A DNA stretch of 64,000 nt from an uncultured Candidatus Saccharibacteria bacterium (GTDB lineage: Bacteria > Patescibacteriota > Minisyncoccia > Portnoybacterales > UBA2143): contig CAYPQZ010000006.1 in NCBI GenBank assembly GCA_964413015.1, positions 7,070-71,069 on the forward strand, in the 5' to 3' direction. The notes under the pieces are model-generated. The model saw only the letters and a list, made by a program, of their open reading frames with translations. It was not told the origin of the DNA and did not search any database. This document shows positions 55,796 through 64,000 of the stretch, one piece after another (the stretch's first letter is position 1; each line of letters opens with the position of its first letter). A program made the position numbers and the translations under genes.

Positions 55796-56245
55796 ATGCC
55801 TATAAAATGGAGACCATTTAAAGATTTAGAAGGGGGACAAAATTTTTCCCAATTGCCTGATATTTTTGGCCAAGGGGAAGAATGGGTGCCTTTTGTCCCG
55901 ACTTTTCGGCCGGAAGAGCCAATCGTGGACATCTATCAGGATAAGGACAATCTCTATGTAGATGTTTCTTTAAGCGGGATTAAGCCGGAGAATGTGGAAA
56001 TTTCTATTGAGGATAACATTCTGACTATTCAGGGCAAGGGCGAAGAGAAAAAAGAAGTTGAGGGAAAAGATTATCTGAGACGAGAAATAAGGAGAGGGTC
56101 TTTCAGAAGAACTCTCAAACTGCCGGTGGATGTAAAAGACAACAAAGCAGTTGCTGAGAGCAAGAACGGCATACTTAAGATTACCGTTCCCAAAGTAGCC
56201 AAGAAAATTTCCAATTCAAAAAAAGTCCCTATTAAAATAAAGTAA
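55796..56245 (+). CDS. Hsp20/alpha-crystallin small heat-shock protein
   Basis: Alpha-crystallin domain VDIYQDKDNLYVDVSLSGIKPENVEISIEDNILTIQG...LKITVPK. Confidence 0.85.
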   Translation: MPIKWRPFKDLEGGQNFSQLPDIFGQGEEWVPFVPTFRPEEPIVDIYQDKDNLYVDVSLSGIKPENVEISIEDNILTIQGKGEEKKEVEGKDYLRREIRRGSFRRTLKLPVDVKDNKAVAESKNGILKITVPKVAKKISNSKKVPIKIK

Positions 56246-56275
56246 GTTAAGCAAGATAAGGACTGTCCTTAAGAG

Positions 56276-56380
56276 AATTTAAGGATTGTCATTGAGGATT
56301 ACGTCCCTTTACCGAAGTCAAAGGGCGTATCCGCCTGTCCGCCTCTGGAGGAAAAGGACGACTCCTTAAATTTTGACAAT
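56276..56380 (+). repeat. family-B repeat copy B6, preceded by a partial family-A arm (56259-56275)
   Basis: aatttaaggattgtcattgaggattacgtccctttaccgaagtcaaagggcgtatccgcctgtccgcctctggaggaaaaggacgactccttaaattttgacaa. Confidence 0.75.
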
Positions 56381-56434
56381 CTTTAAATTTTCTTCTTAAA
56401 GATATTCTTTAATTAATAAGATTAACTAAAAACT

Positions 56435-58336
56435 ATGAGTAAAACAATTGGTATAGATTTAGGAACGTCTAATTCAGCCGCGGCAGTGGTTGAGGCGGGC
56501 AAACCGATTATAATCCCTTCAGCTGAGGGAACTGTGGTTGGCGGAGGCAAGGCCTTCCCTTCTTATGTTGCCTTTGACAAAGAAGGCAATCTTTTGGTTG
56601 GCGAGCCGGCCCGGCGTCAGGCAGTCACTAATTCGGAGAATACGGCCTCTGCTTTTAAGCGGAAAATGGGCACTAAAGAAAAGTATTCTTTAGGTGGAAA
56701 GGAATATACGCCTCAACAACTTTCCTCTTTTATCCTGCAAAAAATTAAAAAAGACGCTGAGGCATTTTTAGGCGAACCTGTTCAAAAAGCAGTTATTACA
56801 GTGCCGGCCTATTTTAATGATTCCCAAAGGCAGGCCACCAAAGACGCCGGAGCGATTGCCGGTCTGGAAGTTGAAAGGATTATCAATGAGCCGACAGCTG
56901 CTTCTTTGGCTTATGGTATTGATAAAGCTGATAAGGAAGAAAAGATTTTGGTTTTTGACTTTGGCGGCGGCACCCTAGACGTAACCATTATGGAAATGTT
57001 CTCGGTGGAGAGCGATAACGGAGATAAAGATAGCGGCTTTGAAGTCAAATCAACTTCCGGCGACACTGAATTAGGCGGGACCGATATGGATGAAATTCTG
57101 ACTAACTATATTGCTGAAGAATTTAAAAAGGAGAACGGCGTTGATTTAAAACAGGACAGCATCGCTTTGCAAAGAGTCAAAGAAGCGGCTGAAAGGGCAA
57201 AAATTGAACTGTCTTCGTCTTTGGAAACCGATCTTAACCTGCCTTTTTTGAGCGCTGACTCAGCCGGTCCCAAACATTTATCTATGAAAATTACCCGGGC
57301 CAAGCTGGAAGAAATGATTGAGCCGATTATTGATAAATGCCGTCAGCCAATGGAACAAGCAATAAATGATGCTAAGCTAGCAGTTAATGACATTACTAAA
57401 ATCATTCTGGTCGGCGGACCGACCAGGATGCCGGTTGTTCAAAAGTTTGTCGAAGATTATGTCGGCAAGAAAATTGAACGGGGGGTTGACCCGATGGAGT
57501 GCGTGTCCTTGGGAGCAGCCATTCAGGGAGCCGCTTTGAGCGGCGAAATCAAGGATATCCAGCTTTTAGATGTTACTCCGCTGACTTTAGGGATTGAGAC
57601 CTTGGGTAATGTGATGACGCCTTTAATTGAAAGAAACACCACGGTGCCGACTTCCAAGACGCAGATTTTTTCCACCGCTTCCGACAACCAACCGGCAGTG
57701 GATATCCATATTTTGCAAGGAGAGCGGCCAATAGCGGCTGATAACCGGACTTTAGGCCGGTTTATGCTGGACGGCATTCCGCCGGCTCCTCGAGGAGTGC
57801 CTCAAATTGAAGTCACTTTTGACATTGACGCTAACGGGATTTTAAATGTTGCAGCTAAGGATAAGGCGACTAACAAAGAACAGCATATTACGATTACTGA
57901 TTCCTCGGCTCTTTCTAAAGAAGAAATTGAAAAAATGAAGCAGGAGGCAGAAGCGCATGCTGTTGAAGACCGGCAGAAAAAAGAATTGATTGAAGTTCGC
58001 AATCAGGCCGATACTTTAATTTTCTCCACTGAAAAAGCCCTTAAAGAAGCCGGCGACAAGGTTAAGCCGGAAGACAAAAAGCAGGTGGAGGAAAAATTAG
58101 AGGCCTTGAAGAAAATAAAAGACTCTAATGAGATAGAGCCGCTGAAAAAGACGATTGACGAACTTTCGCAGGAAATCCAAAAAATTGGCGCTCAGTTGTA
58201 TCAAAAAGTTCAGGAAGAAAAGGCCGAGCAGTCTGAACCGGAAATAAAGGGCAAGAAGCCGAGTTCAACCGAGGCGCCAAAAGACGCGACTGAAGGAGAG
58301 TATGAAGAAGTGAAGGAAAATAAAGAAGGGAAGTAA
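56435..58336 (+). CDS. dnaK: molecular chaperone DnaK (Hsp70)
   Basis: [14 protein letters not shown]; DFGGGTLDV; [11 protein letters not shown]; C-terminal lid. Confidence 0.95.
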   Translation: MSKTIGIDLGTSNSAAAVVEAGKPIIIPSAEGTVVGGGKAFPSYVAFDKEGNLLVGEPARRQAVTNSENTASAFKRKMGTKEKYSLGGKEYTPQQLSSFILQKIKKDAEAFLGEPVQKAVITVPAYFNDSQRQATKDAGAIAGLEVERIINEPTAASLAYGIDKADKEEKILVFDFGGGTLDVTIMEMFSVESDNGDKDSGFEVKSTSGDTELGGTDMDEILTNYIAEEFKKENGVDLKQDSIALQRVKEAAERAKIELSSSLETDLNLPFLSADSAGPKHLSMKITRAKLEEMIEPIIDKCRQPMEQAINDAKLAVNDITKIILVGGPTRMPVVQKFVEDYVGKKIERGVDPMECVSLGAAIQGAALSGEIKDIQLLDVTPLTLGIETLGNVMTPLIERNTTVPTSKTQIFSTASDNQPAVDIHILQGERPIAADNRTLGRFMLDGIPPAPRGVPQIEVTFDIDANGILNVAAKDKATNKEQHITITDSSALSKEEIEKMKQEAEAHAVEDRQKKELIEVRNQADTLIFSTEKALKEAGDKVKPEDKKQVEEKLEALKKIKDSNEIEPLKKTIDELSQEIQKIGAQLYQKVQEEKAEQSEPEIKGKKPSSTEAPKDATEGEYEEVKENKEGK

Positions 58337-58497
58337 TATTTTTATCTAGGAACAGTCCTTAGCGCTTTGGGGCTGTTCCTACTAAACTGTCCCTGCTAAA
58401 AAAATTGCTGGATTTAGGATAAGGCGTCAATACTCTTGACAAAATATATATAATAGTGTTAATCTATAGAAGCCTGAGATATCAGGCTTTTATATTT

Positions 58498-59196
58498 ATG
58501 AACTATCGAGAAACAATTAAAATCATTTATCGTAAAAAGTGGCTCGTATTTTGGCTGACTGTCTTAGGAGCTGTTTTGGCATTTGATTTAGCGGTAATCC
58601 AGACGCCTGAATACAAATCAGTCTCAAAGGTCTTGATTATTCAGAAACAGACCTCTGGACAGGATATTTACAGCGTTTCCAAGTCAGCCCAGTATCTTTC
58701 CCAGATTATGAAGGAGATAATTTATTCGGACAGCTTTTTTGAAAAGACGATTGAGTCGTCTAATAAGGTGGATTTCGGCGATTTTTCCGAGCAACATAAA
58801 AAAAGACAGAAGCAGTGGGAAAGAACCGTTAAGGTTAATATTGTCCGTGATTTAGGAATGATTGAAATAAATGTTTTCCATCCGGAACAAAAAAAAGCCG
58901 AGCAGATTAACTCGGCTATTGCCGATACCTTAGAGCAGGAACACCGTTTTTATCACGGTGGCGGGCAGAACGTAGAATTAAGAATTTTAGATAAGTCGTT
59001 AGTCAGCCAGAAGCCGGTTACTCTTGATTTGTGGACGATAACAGTCTTAGGCGCTTTGATTGGATTGTTTGTTGGCTCTGGAATTGCTTTGAGAAAAGGG
59101 TTAAAGCATAAAGATACGCTCTATTACAAAGACGAACAGGGCCTATTATTAGCTGATGAAGCTTCCTCTTTGGACAGAAATGATTTCTCTGTCTAA
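58498..59196 (+). CDS. Wzz/CapA-like polysaccharide co-polymerase (chain-length determinant) family protein, small form
   Basis: N-terminal TM, Wzz-like periplasmic motif (IQTPEYKSVSKVLII...), C-terminal TM. ATG 58498 preferred. Confidence 0.5.
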   Translation: MNYRETIKIIYRKKWLVFWLTVLGAVLAFDLAVIQTPEYKSVSKVLIIQKQTSGQDIYSVSKSAQYLSQIMKEIIYSDSFFEKTIESSNKVDFGDFSEQHKKRQKQWERTVKVNIVRDLGMIEINVFHPEQKKAEQINSAIADTLEQEHRFYHGGGQNVELRILDKSLVSQKPVTLDLWTITVLGALIGLFVGSGIALRKGLKHKDTLYYKDEQGLLLADEASSLDRNDFSV

Positions 59197-59252
59197 AAGG
59201 GAGGTTTTAAGTTTCTTTGAAAATTAAATATATAAGATAGGAGGTGGTTAGA

Positions 59253-60275
59253 ATGAAAGCATGGAGATTTCTGTTTGTCTTATTGTTTTTTGTCTTTTTG
59301 TTCGGATGCGCTGGTAGTCCTGATAAATTCCTTTCCAAGCATGCAATGACTAATCCAGTTGAAGCAATTTCTGTTTTGCATCCGGTAGAAATAGAAAAAG
59401 CCGGAGTTGAATCGATAACGGTTTTCTATGGCATTATGGATCCGGGACTTTGGATAGAAGTAGTCAAAGTTGGAGGCGTTTGGCCATTATTGGCTTTGAC
59501 GACAAAAGGCAAAATTATTGACGGTTATGGATATCTGGCAGGGATTAATTATTGGGGCGACTTTATGCTTCAATTTGTTTCCTGTAATAGCCAAGATTTT
59601 AAAGGAGCAAAGATTCTTTATTTTAACCGAGATGCCGGGTTTGCTTATCAAATGAATGGCAAGCAAATTCCCTATAATCCAAAGAAATTTGACGAAGACG
59701 AAACTTTCCGTCAGGAAATTTTTAACAAATTTGGCTTTACTCCGTCGGAATCAAATTTATCCTGGGTTGAATATTTTCGGAATAAAGGATTGGATCCTCC
59801 TGAAAATCTGTCGAGCTTTGCTGAAATTGGAGTTGGTTCTGAGGAATGGCAGTTGTTTAAGGATAGATTGGCTAAGGTCATGAAGCATAATTATAAGATG
59901 GCTAATGGCCAGATTCGAGCCGGATTTCTTCCTTTAGAGCATTTCAGAGTGGAAGCAACTGAGCTTCCTGGATTTAGCGGAGGGCAGAGATTCCTTAAGA
60001 GAGCCAAAGTGCCGTTGATTTTTCTGCCTTTCGCAGGAGTCAGCACCTTAGTTTTGGCTGGATCTAATATTGCCGGTGATGCAGTATTTGCTGGGGTTGA
60101 TGACGATTGGTCTGGCTGTTATGCCAGGGCTAAAACGCTTCGGTACAAAATGGCTCCTTTGTTCAGGCAAATTTGCCAGATGTATAAAGAATTATTGGCT
60201 GAGAGAGATAAAAAGATAAAAGCTCTAGAGATGAAATTAATGTTTAGAGGGATTGAGAAGATTAGAAGGAGGTAA
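59253..60275 (+). CDS. putative lipoprotein
   Basis: Lipobox LFGC at residues 19-22 (MKAWRFLFVLLFFVFLFGCAGS). ATG 59253. Confidence 0.5.
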   Translation: MKAWRFLFVLLFFVFLFGCAGSPDKFLSKHAMTNPVEAISVLHPVEIEKAGVESITVFYGIMDPGLWIEVVKVGGVWPLLALTTKGKIIDGYGYLAGINYWGDFMLQFVSCNSQDFKGAKILYFNRDAGFAYQMNGKQIPYNPKKFDEDETFRQEIFNKFGFTPSESNLSWVEYFRNKGLDPPENLSSFAEIGVGSEEWQLFKDRLAKVMKHNYKMANGQIRAGFLPLEHFRVEATELPGFSGGQRFLKRAKVPLIFLPFAGVSTLVLAGSNIAGDAVFAGVDDDWSGCYARAKTLRYKMAPLFRQICQMYKELLAERDKKIKALEMKLMFRGIEKIRRR

Positions 60276-60278
60276 GAA

Positions 60279-61460
60279 ATGAAAAAAATATTAGTGATGG
60301 CACCAATTCTGCTAATTGCATGCTTGATAGCAGCAAAAGGCAATTCAATCAGCATTGACAATAAAACAGGATTGGTGAGGCAGAAAATTAATCTGGATGT
60401 TGTTTACCCGGAAAAACGTAAAATAACTAAAAAGATAAAAATAGCTAAAACGGCCGTAAGATTGAAGCAAAAATCAGTTGTGAGCGTGAAAGAAAAACAG
60501 GCAGTAGTTGTATTGGAGAGTAAACCAGAGAAAATTCCAGTTAAGGCAACGGCGGCGAAGAAGCCAAAACGCTCAATTACTGTTTCCTTGTTAACAATCC
60601 CTGACCCGGAAAAGCAAGTCGTTAAAAAAGAGAAGAATGAAAAATCAGCTCTTTTAAACCGATTTGACTTTTATCTTGGGGGCGGGGCCTACAAAAATGT
60701 TCATGGCAACAGTGAAGGAAACTATTTCTGGGGCAAAGCCCGATACCGTCCTTGGGAGTTTGGCTTAAACGATAATTCGTACGTTCGCCTAGGGGCTTTT
60801 GCTTTTGGAGCTTTGGGTGAAGGCAATGACATAAATTATGATTACGGATGGCGGAAATGGGCAATTGGCCCAAGCGCTAAAATCATTGGCACCCACTGGG
60901 ATGCTGACGTAGACCTTGGTATCGGCAAGCTTTATAACGAAGGAGAAGAAGGATTATATGAAAGCAAGCAGGTTGATGATATTTTGCTCTTTTCTGCTCA
61001 TGGGAATTTCTATTCCCGGCGAGACGCCGGCAAAAAGTGGTTTCCAAAATCGGAGTTGAATTTTGAACTAACATCTGTATATGACGATAAGCATAAACAT
61101 AGCTGGAATAGTCAAGAGTTAGTTCCGGATCCTTATGATAATAGCAGTTGGGATTTGTTTCTGTATCAATCGATATATGATTTCGAAATACAGAAGCATT
61201 TGCGGTTAACTCCCGGTTTTAATTTTGGCATAGGCCATAATTACGGGTCTGACCAAAATTTTTACCAGTTCGGTCCGTTTGCTAAGTTGTCATGGTATAA
61301 TGAAGATGTAATTTCTCTGTCCGTTCTGAATTATAAAGAAGTTATGGACGGAGAAGATCAGTGGAATTGGATTGCCGGATATGTTGATGTTGGAGGAGTT
61401 TATAAAGCTTTGAAGGCATCTCAGATTAAAAAAGCCACTGAAAAGGACCTTAAATTTTAA
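60279..61460 (+). CDS. secreted hypothetical protein, beta-rich, with Tyr/Trp/Gly-rich beta-strand-like periodicity
   Basis: Signal peptide MKKILVMAPILLIACLIAA; the C-terminal 250 aa show an alternating aromatic pattern. Confidence 0.45.
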   Translation: MKKILVMAPILLIACLIAAKGNSISIDNKTGLVRQKINLDVVYPEKRKITKKIKIAKTAVRLKQKSVVSVKEKQAVVVLESKPEKIPVKATAAKKPKRSITVSLLTIPDPEKQVVKKEKNEKSALLNRFDFYLGGGAYKNVHGNSEGNYFWGKARYRPWEFGLNDNSYVRLGAFAFGALGEGNDINYDYGWRKWAIGPSAKIIGTHWDADVDLGIGKLYNEGEEGLYESKQVDDILLFSAHGNFYSRRDAGKKWFPKSELNFELTSVYDDKHKHSWNSQELVPDPYDNSSWDLFLYQSIYDFEIQKHLRLTPGFNFGIGHNYGSDQNFYQFGPFAKLSWYNEDVISLSVLNYKEVMDGEDQWNWIAGYVDVGGVYKALKASQIKKATEKDLKF

Positions 61461-61478
61461 CTTGAATGGAGGTAAGAA

Positions 61479-62039
61479 ATGGAAAAGATAGTAAAATCAG
61501 CATTAGCAGTATTGGCAATAGCATTCTTTTTGTCTGGATGCTCCTCGCTCGGGACAAAAGGGAAGATTAAAGAGCATAAGCTTATTGAAGCAGAAGAAGT
61601 TGCTGAAGGTAAGGGGATAATAGGGTACATTCTTGGAGATGCGCCTATAGGAGAAGATACCATCTTTATTGAAACAGAAGTTGAAGTAGAAGTTCCTCTC
61701 TTACAGAAAATCGCCGATTCCAATTGGCAATTGTTTGCCAGTTGGGCCTATCGTGATGGGGAAAACCGATGGGTGCTTGTTTCATCGGATGATTACTCTA
61801 TAAAGACCGAAACCAAAGAAGCATCTTTGATCGGCCTCATTACTATCCCGAGCGGAATAAAAGAATATTGGCCCAGAATTTGGGGACAAGAATTAAATTC
61901 TGGTGAATGGCTGTATATTGACGAAGGCAATATGTATGCCAGGGATAGCATCTCGGGTCGTCCAGCTTATGAGTTTTTGGGAGATACCGAGACTAAAGAA
62001 AAAAAAGCGGTCCCTGATAATTATCAGAAAAGACCGTAA
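61479..62039 (+). CDS. putative lipoprotein
   Basis: MEKIVKSALAVLAIAFFLSGCSS lipobox. Confidence 0.5.
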   Translation: MEKIVKSALAVLAIAFFLSGCSSLGTKGKIKEHKLIEAEEVAEGKGIIGYILGDAPIGEDTIFIETEVEVEVPLLQKIADSNWQLFASWAYRDGENRWVLVSSDDYSIKTETKEASLIGLITIPSGIKEYWPRIWGQELNSGEWLYIDEGNMYARDSISGRPAYEFLGDTETKEKKAVPDNYQKRP

Positions 62040-62056
62040 AAGAAGGAGGAGAATAT

Positions 62057-62092
62057 AAACCCCGAGCGTTAAAAACGCCCGGGGTTTTTTAA
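62057..62092. terminator. bidirectional rho-independent terminator
   Basis: aaa-CCCCGAGCG-ttaaaaa-CGCCCGGGG-tttttt, between convergent genes. Confidence 0.7.
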
Positions 62093-63318
62093 TTTCGGTT
62101 AATTTTCAGCCAGGCGGCCAAGAGAATCCATAAGTTCCATTGGAGGGCGGTGGTCCTTAAAATATTGTCAAAAAAGCTGGCTACAAACAAACTTAGACAA
62201 ATCACTAGAATCCCTAGCCCCAGGGTTTTATCCTGATTAATCTTTTCCCTGAAAATTTTAAAGAGTTTGTATAAAAGTGCAATTATCAGCCAGAAGTAAG
62301 CGGTTATTCCTAAGACACCGTTTTCCACAAAGATTTTTAGATAGTCATTATGGGCTTCCAGACTGCCCCATTTAAAGCCGCGATAAAATTCAACCAGCTT
62401 GGGGAAAGAACCCAGCCCGTAGCCGAACCAGGGCTGCCATAAAGAAGCAGGGATAACATCTTGCCAGAGCCGGAACCGCCAGACTACTGAACCGTAGGGG
62501 TCTAAAGTGAGCATTTCCCAAAACCGTTGCTGGAAAACATCGGAAAAGAAATAGGCAGCCAGGAATAAAAACAAGCCGGCTAAGAGAAGTTTTCTGTATT
62601 TCAAGATTCCTATGAAAAGGATAAAAATTAAAAGGCAGGCCAGAGCGCTTCGGCTGTAAGTGGCAAAAAGCAAGGTTAGCGAGAAAACAATCATTAGCCA
62701 GATATGCCATTCGGAATTTTTCCATAAAGGTTCTTCAGCTTCTTTTTTATTCAAAGAGGCGATTAATAATGAAAGAGAAAGACCTAAAACAAAGAAACTG
62801 TAAAAGGCAAAAAGATTAGGATGAGCGAAAGTGCCGTAAATCCGGTTAAAGCTGCCAAAATCATCCGGCAGGCCGAATCTGCCGATTAACTGGATTAAGG
62901 CAAAGAAACCGGGCAAAAGGTAGCTAATTAGAATAATTTTCAGTAAAAGCAACCAGTCCTTTCTATTCTCAACAAACCGGTAAGCCAAAAAGTAGAGAAG
63001 GAAAATGCCGGCCAGCCGGATAAATTCCTTAAGACTGATTAAAGCGTCCAGCGAATAGAAAATACTGATCAAGCCCAATCCTAACAAGAAGAAGACAGGG
63101 TAAAAAAGAGGCGTTGAAATGGATAATTTTATCCTTTTTAAAAAAGGAATCAAACAAATTAAAAAAACCAGCCCGCCAAGGATAATGTTGAAATTCAGAT
63201 AGGGCAGAGCCGGATGAATTAAAAATTCTTTTTTACTGAAGATATCTAAAGATGGTCTTAAAAGCACCAAAGCCAGAATGAAATAAAAGAAATTCTTTTT
63301 GGTCTCAACTATTGACAT
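62089..63318 (-). CDS. O-antigen ligase/polymerase (Wzy_C) family membrane protein
   Basis: About 10 TM with a large periplasmic loop containing ...YSRSALACLLIFILFIG... Confidence 0.55.
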   Translation of the reverse strand: MSIVETKKNFFYFILALVLLRPSLDIFSKKEFLIHPALPYLNFNIILGGLVFLICLIPFLKRIKLSISTPLFYPVFFLLGLGLISIFYSLDALISLKEFIRLAGIFLLYFLAYRFVENRKDWLLLLKIILISYLLPGFFALIQLIGRFGLPDDFGSFNRIYGTFAHPNLFAFYSFFVLGLSLSLLIASLNKKEAEEPLWKNSEWHIWLMIVFSLTLLFATYSRSALACLLIFILFIGILKYRKLLLAGLFLFLAAYFFSDVFQQRFWEMLTLDPYGSVVWRFRLWQDVIPASLWQPWFGYGLGSFPKLVEFYRGFKWGSLEAHNDYLKIFVENGVLGITAYFWLIIALLYKLFKIFREKINQDKTLGLGILVICLSLFVASFFDNILRTTALQWNLWILLAAWLKINRN

Positions 63319-63352
63319 TTTTTTTGTTTTCTAGTAAAATAATAATAATCAA

Positions 63353-64000
63353 ATGGTCAAATTATCCAAGGAAAATCAAATAAAGGATGTCGTTTTAGCA
63401 GTTACTTATCAATGCAATGCCCATTGCCAGTTTTGTCATATCTGGCAAAACCAGGAACGTTTTTCATTGCTGCCCAACGATTACAGAATTTTACCACGAA
63501 ATCTGAAAAACATCAACATAAGCGGCGGTGAGCCATTTTTAAGGAATGACCTGACGGAAATTGTCAGAGCAGTCGTCCGAAGATGCCCCAAAGCCAAAAT
63601 CATTATTTCCACTAATGGTTTTTTGCCCAGCGCCATCAAGAGGCAGATGCAGGATATCGTCAAATTCAAAATGGATATCGGAATAGCTGTATCTTTAGAC
63701 GGATTTGGCAAAGTGCACGAGGACTTAAGAGGCTATCCGGGCGGATTCAGTTTGGTTTTAGAAACCATCCGTCTTTTAAAAAACTTAAATATTAAGGATC
63801 TAAAGCTGGCTTTTACTTTAAATGATAAAAACCTGAATCAGCTGAAAAGAGTTTATAAATTGAGCAAAGAGTTGGGAGTGGAATTCAGTTTAGCTGCCTG
63901 TCATGATTCCAGTCATTATTTTAAAAAGGAAAATAATCAAATTGAAAATACCAGCCAGGCGGGCAATCAGCTTGATTGGCTAATTAAGAAAGAATTAAGC
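63353..64000 (+). CDS. radical SAM protein, partial (continues beyond the window)
   Basis: CNAHCQFC CxxxCxxC cluster motif at residues 21-28, GGEPFL. The ORF is open to the window edge. Confidence 0.7.
   Translation, partial: MVKLSKENQIKDVVLAVTYQCNAHCQFCHIWQNQERFSLLPNDYRILPRNLKNINISGGEPFLRNDLTEIVRAVVRRCPKAKIIISTNGFLPSAIKRQMQDIVKFKMDIGIAVSLDGFGKVHEDLRGYPGGFSLVLETIRLLKNLNIKDLKLAFTLNDKNLNQLKRVYKLSKELGVEFSLAACHDSSHYFKKENNQIENTSQAGNQLDWLIKKELS

Noticed and set aside
58352-58383. Terminator after dnaK (ggaacag...ctgttcc hairpin)
   Set aside because: 7-bp stem with a 17-nt loop and no downstream T-run. It looks more like a degenerate family-A fragment than an intrinsic terminator.
58436-58454. TTGACA ... 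TATAAT promoter upstream of the Wzz-like gene
   Set aside because: Spacer between the hexamers is only 7 nt; no properly spaced -10 was found.
1-64000. CRISPR array
   Set aside because: The recurring repeats (families A, B, C, D and the REP 21-mer) are dispersed, in both orientations, and not regularly spaced with unique spacers. No cas-like ORFs are present.

Overview
Low-GC, gene-dense bacterial chromosome segment. TGA/TAA/TAG are all used as stops, so the standard bacterial code applies. The gene content looks CPR/Patescibacteria-like (minimal SufCB, H+-pyrophosphatase, ribosomal proteins with terminal extensions, SipW-type signal peptidase), but that cannot be proven from sequence alone.

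Housekeeping genes: ychF, sufC plus a sufB/D-family gene, uppP, hppA, mnmA, trpS, prfA, rpmE, rpsB, tsf, rpmG, uppS, mltG, rplJ, rplL, a dcw block (mraZ-rsmH-ftsL-ftsI-murF), lgt, a P-type ATPase, rmuC, rplU, recR, dnaB, corA, grpE-hsp20-dnaK, and six tRNAs.

Accessory and unusual content:
- A SipW-type signal peptidase operon with three large secreted proteins (23.6-29.4 kb). Two of the three carry the 'AYFSD' SipW-cognate signal motif; one has LamG, a lamin-tail-like domain and a roughly 260-aa polyacidic tail.
- An uncharacterised anaerobe-type cluster at 16.0-21.7 kb: DUF5320, a NifX/NifB-like protein, a CDF transporter fused to a NifX-like domain, two MinD-like 4Fe-4S ATPases, a CcdA-like protein, family-4 UDG and a DUF134 regulator.
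- An IS200-like (RayT-like) tyrosine transposase bracketed by copies of a 21-bp perfect palindrome; a third copy sits in-frame inside the gene and a fourth at 21.4 kb.
- Several families of dispersed structured intergenic repeats: a ~105-nt TIR-bearing element (B), a ~62-nt hairpin (A), a GTGTCGGCT-TTCGCAT-AGCCGACAC palindrome (C), and a ~135-nt element (D) present twice, each time ending 1 nt before a start codon.
- A YknXYZ/MacAB-like four-gene exporter with a repeat in every intergenic gap.
- A release factor 1 that appears N-terminally truncated, with its start overlapping rpmE.
- An Avd-like four-helix-bundle pseudogene inside the tRNA cluster.
- A surface-polysaccharide-like locus at the right end (Wzz-like, three secreted/lipoproteins, O-antigen-ligase-like, radical SAM).

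No CRISPR array or rRNA was seen.
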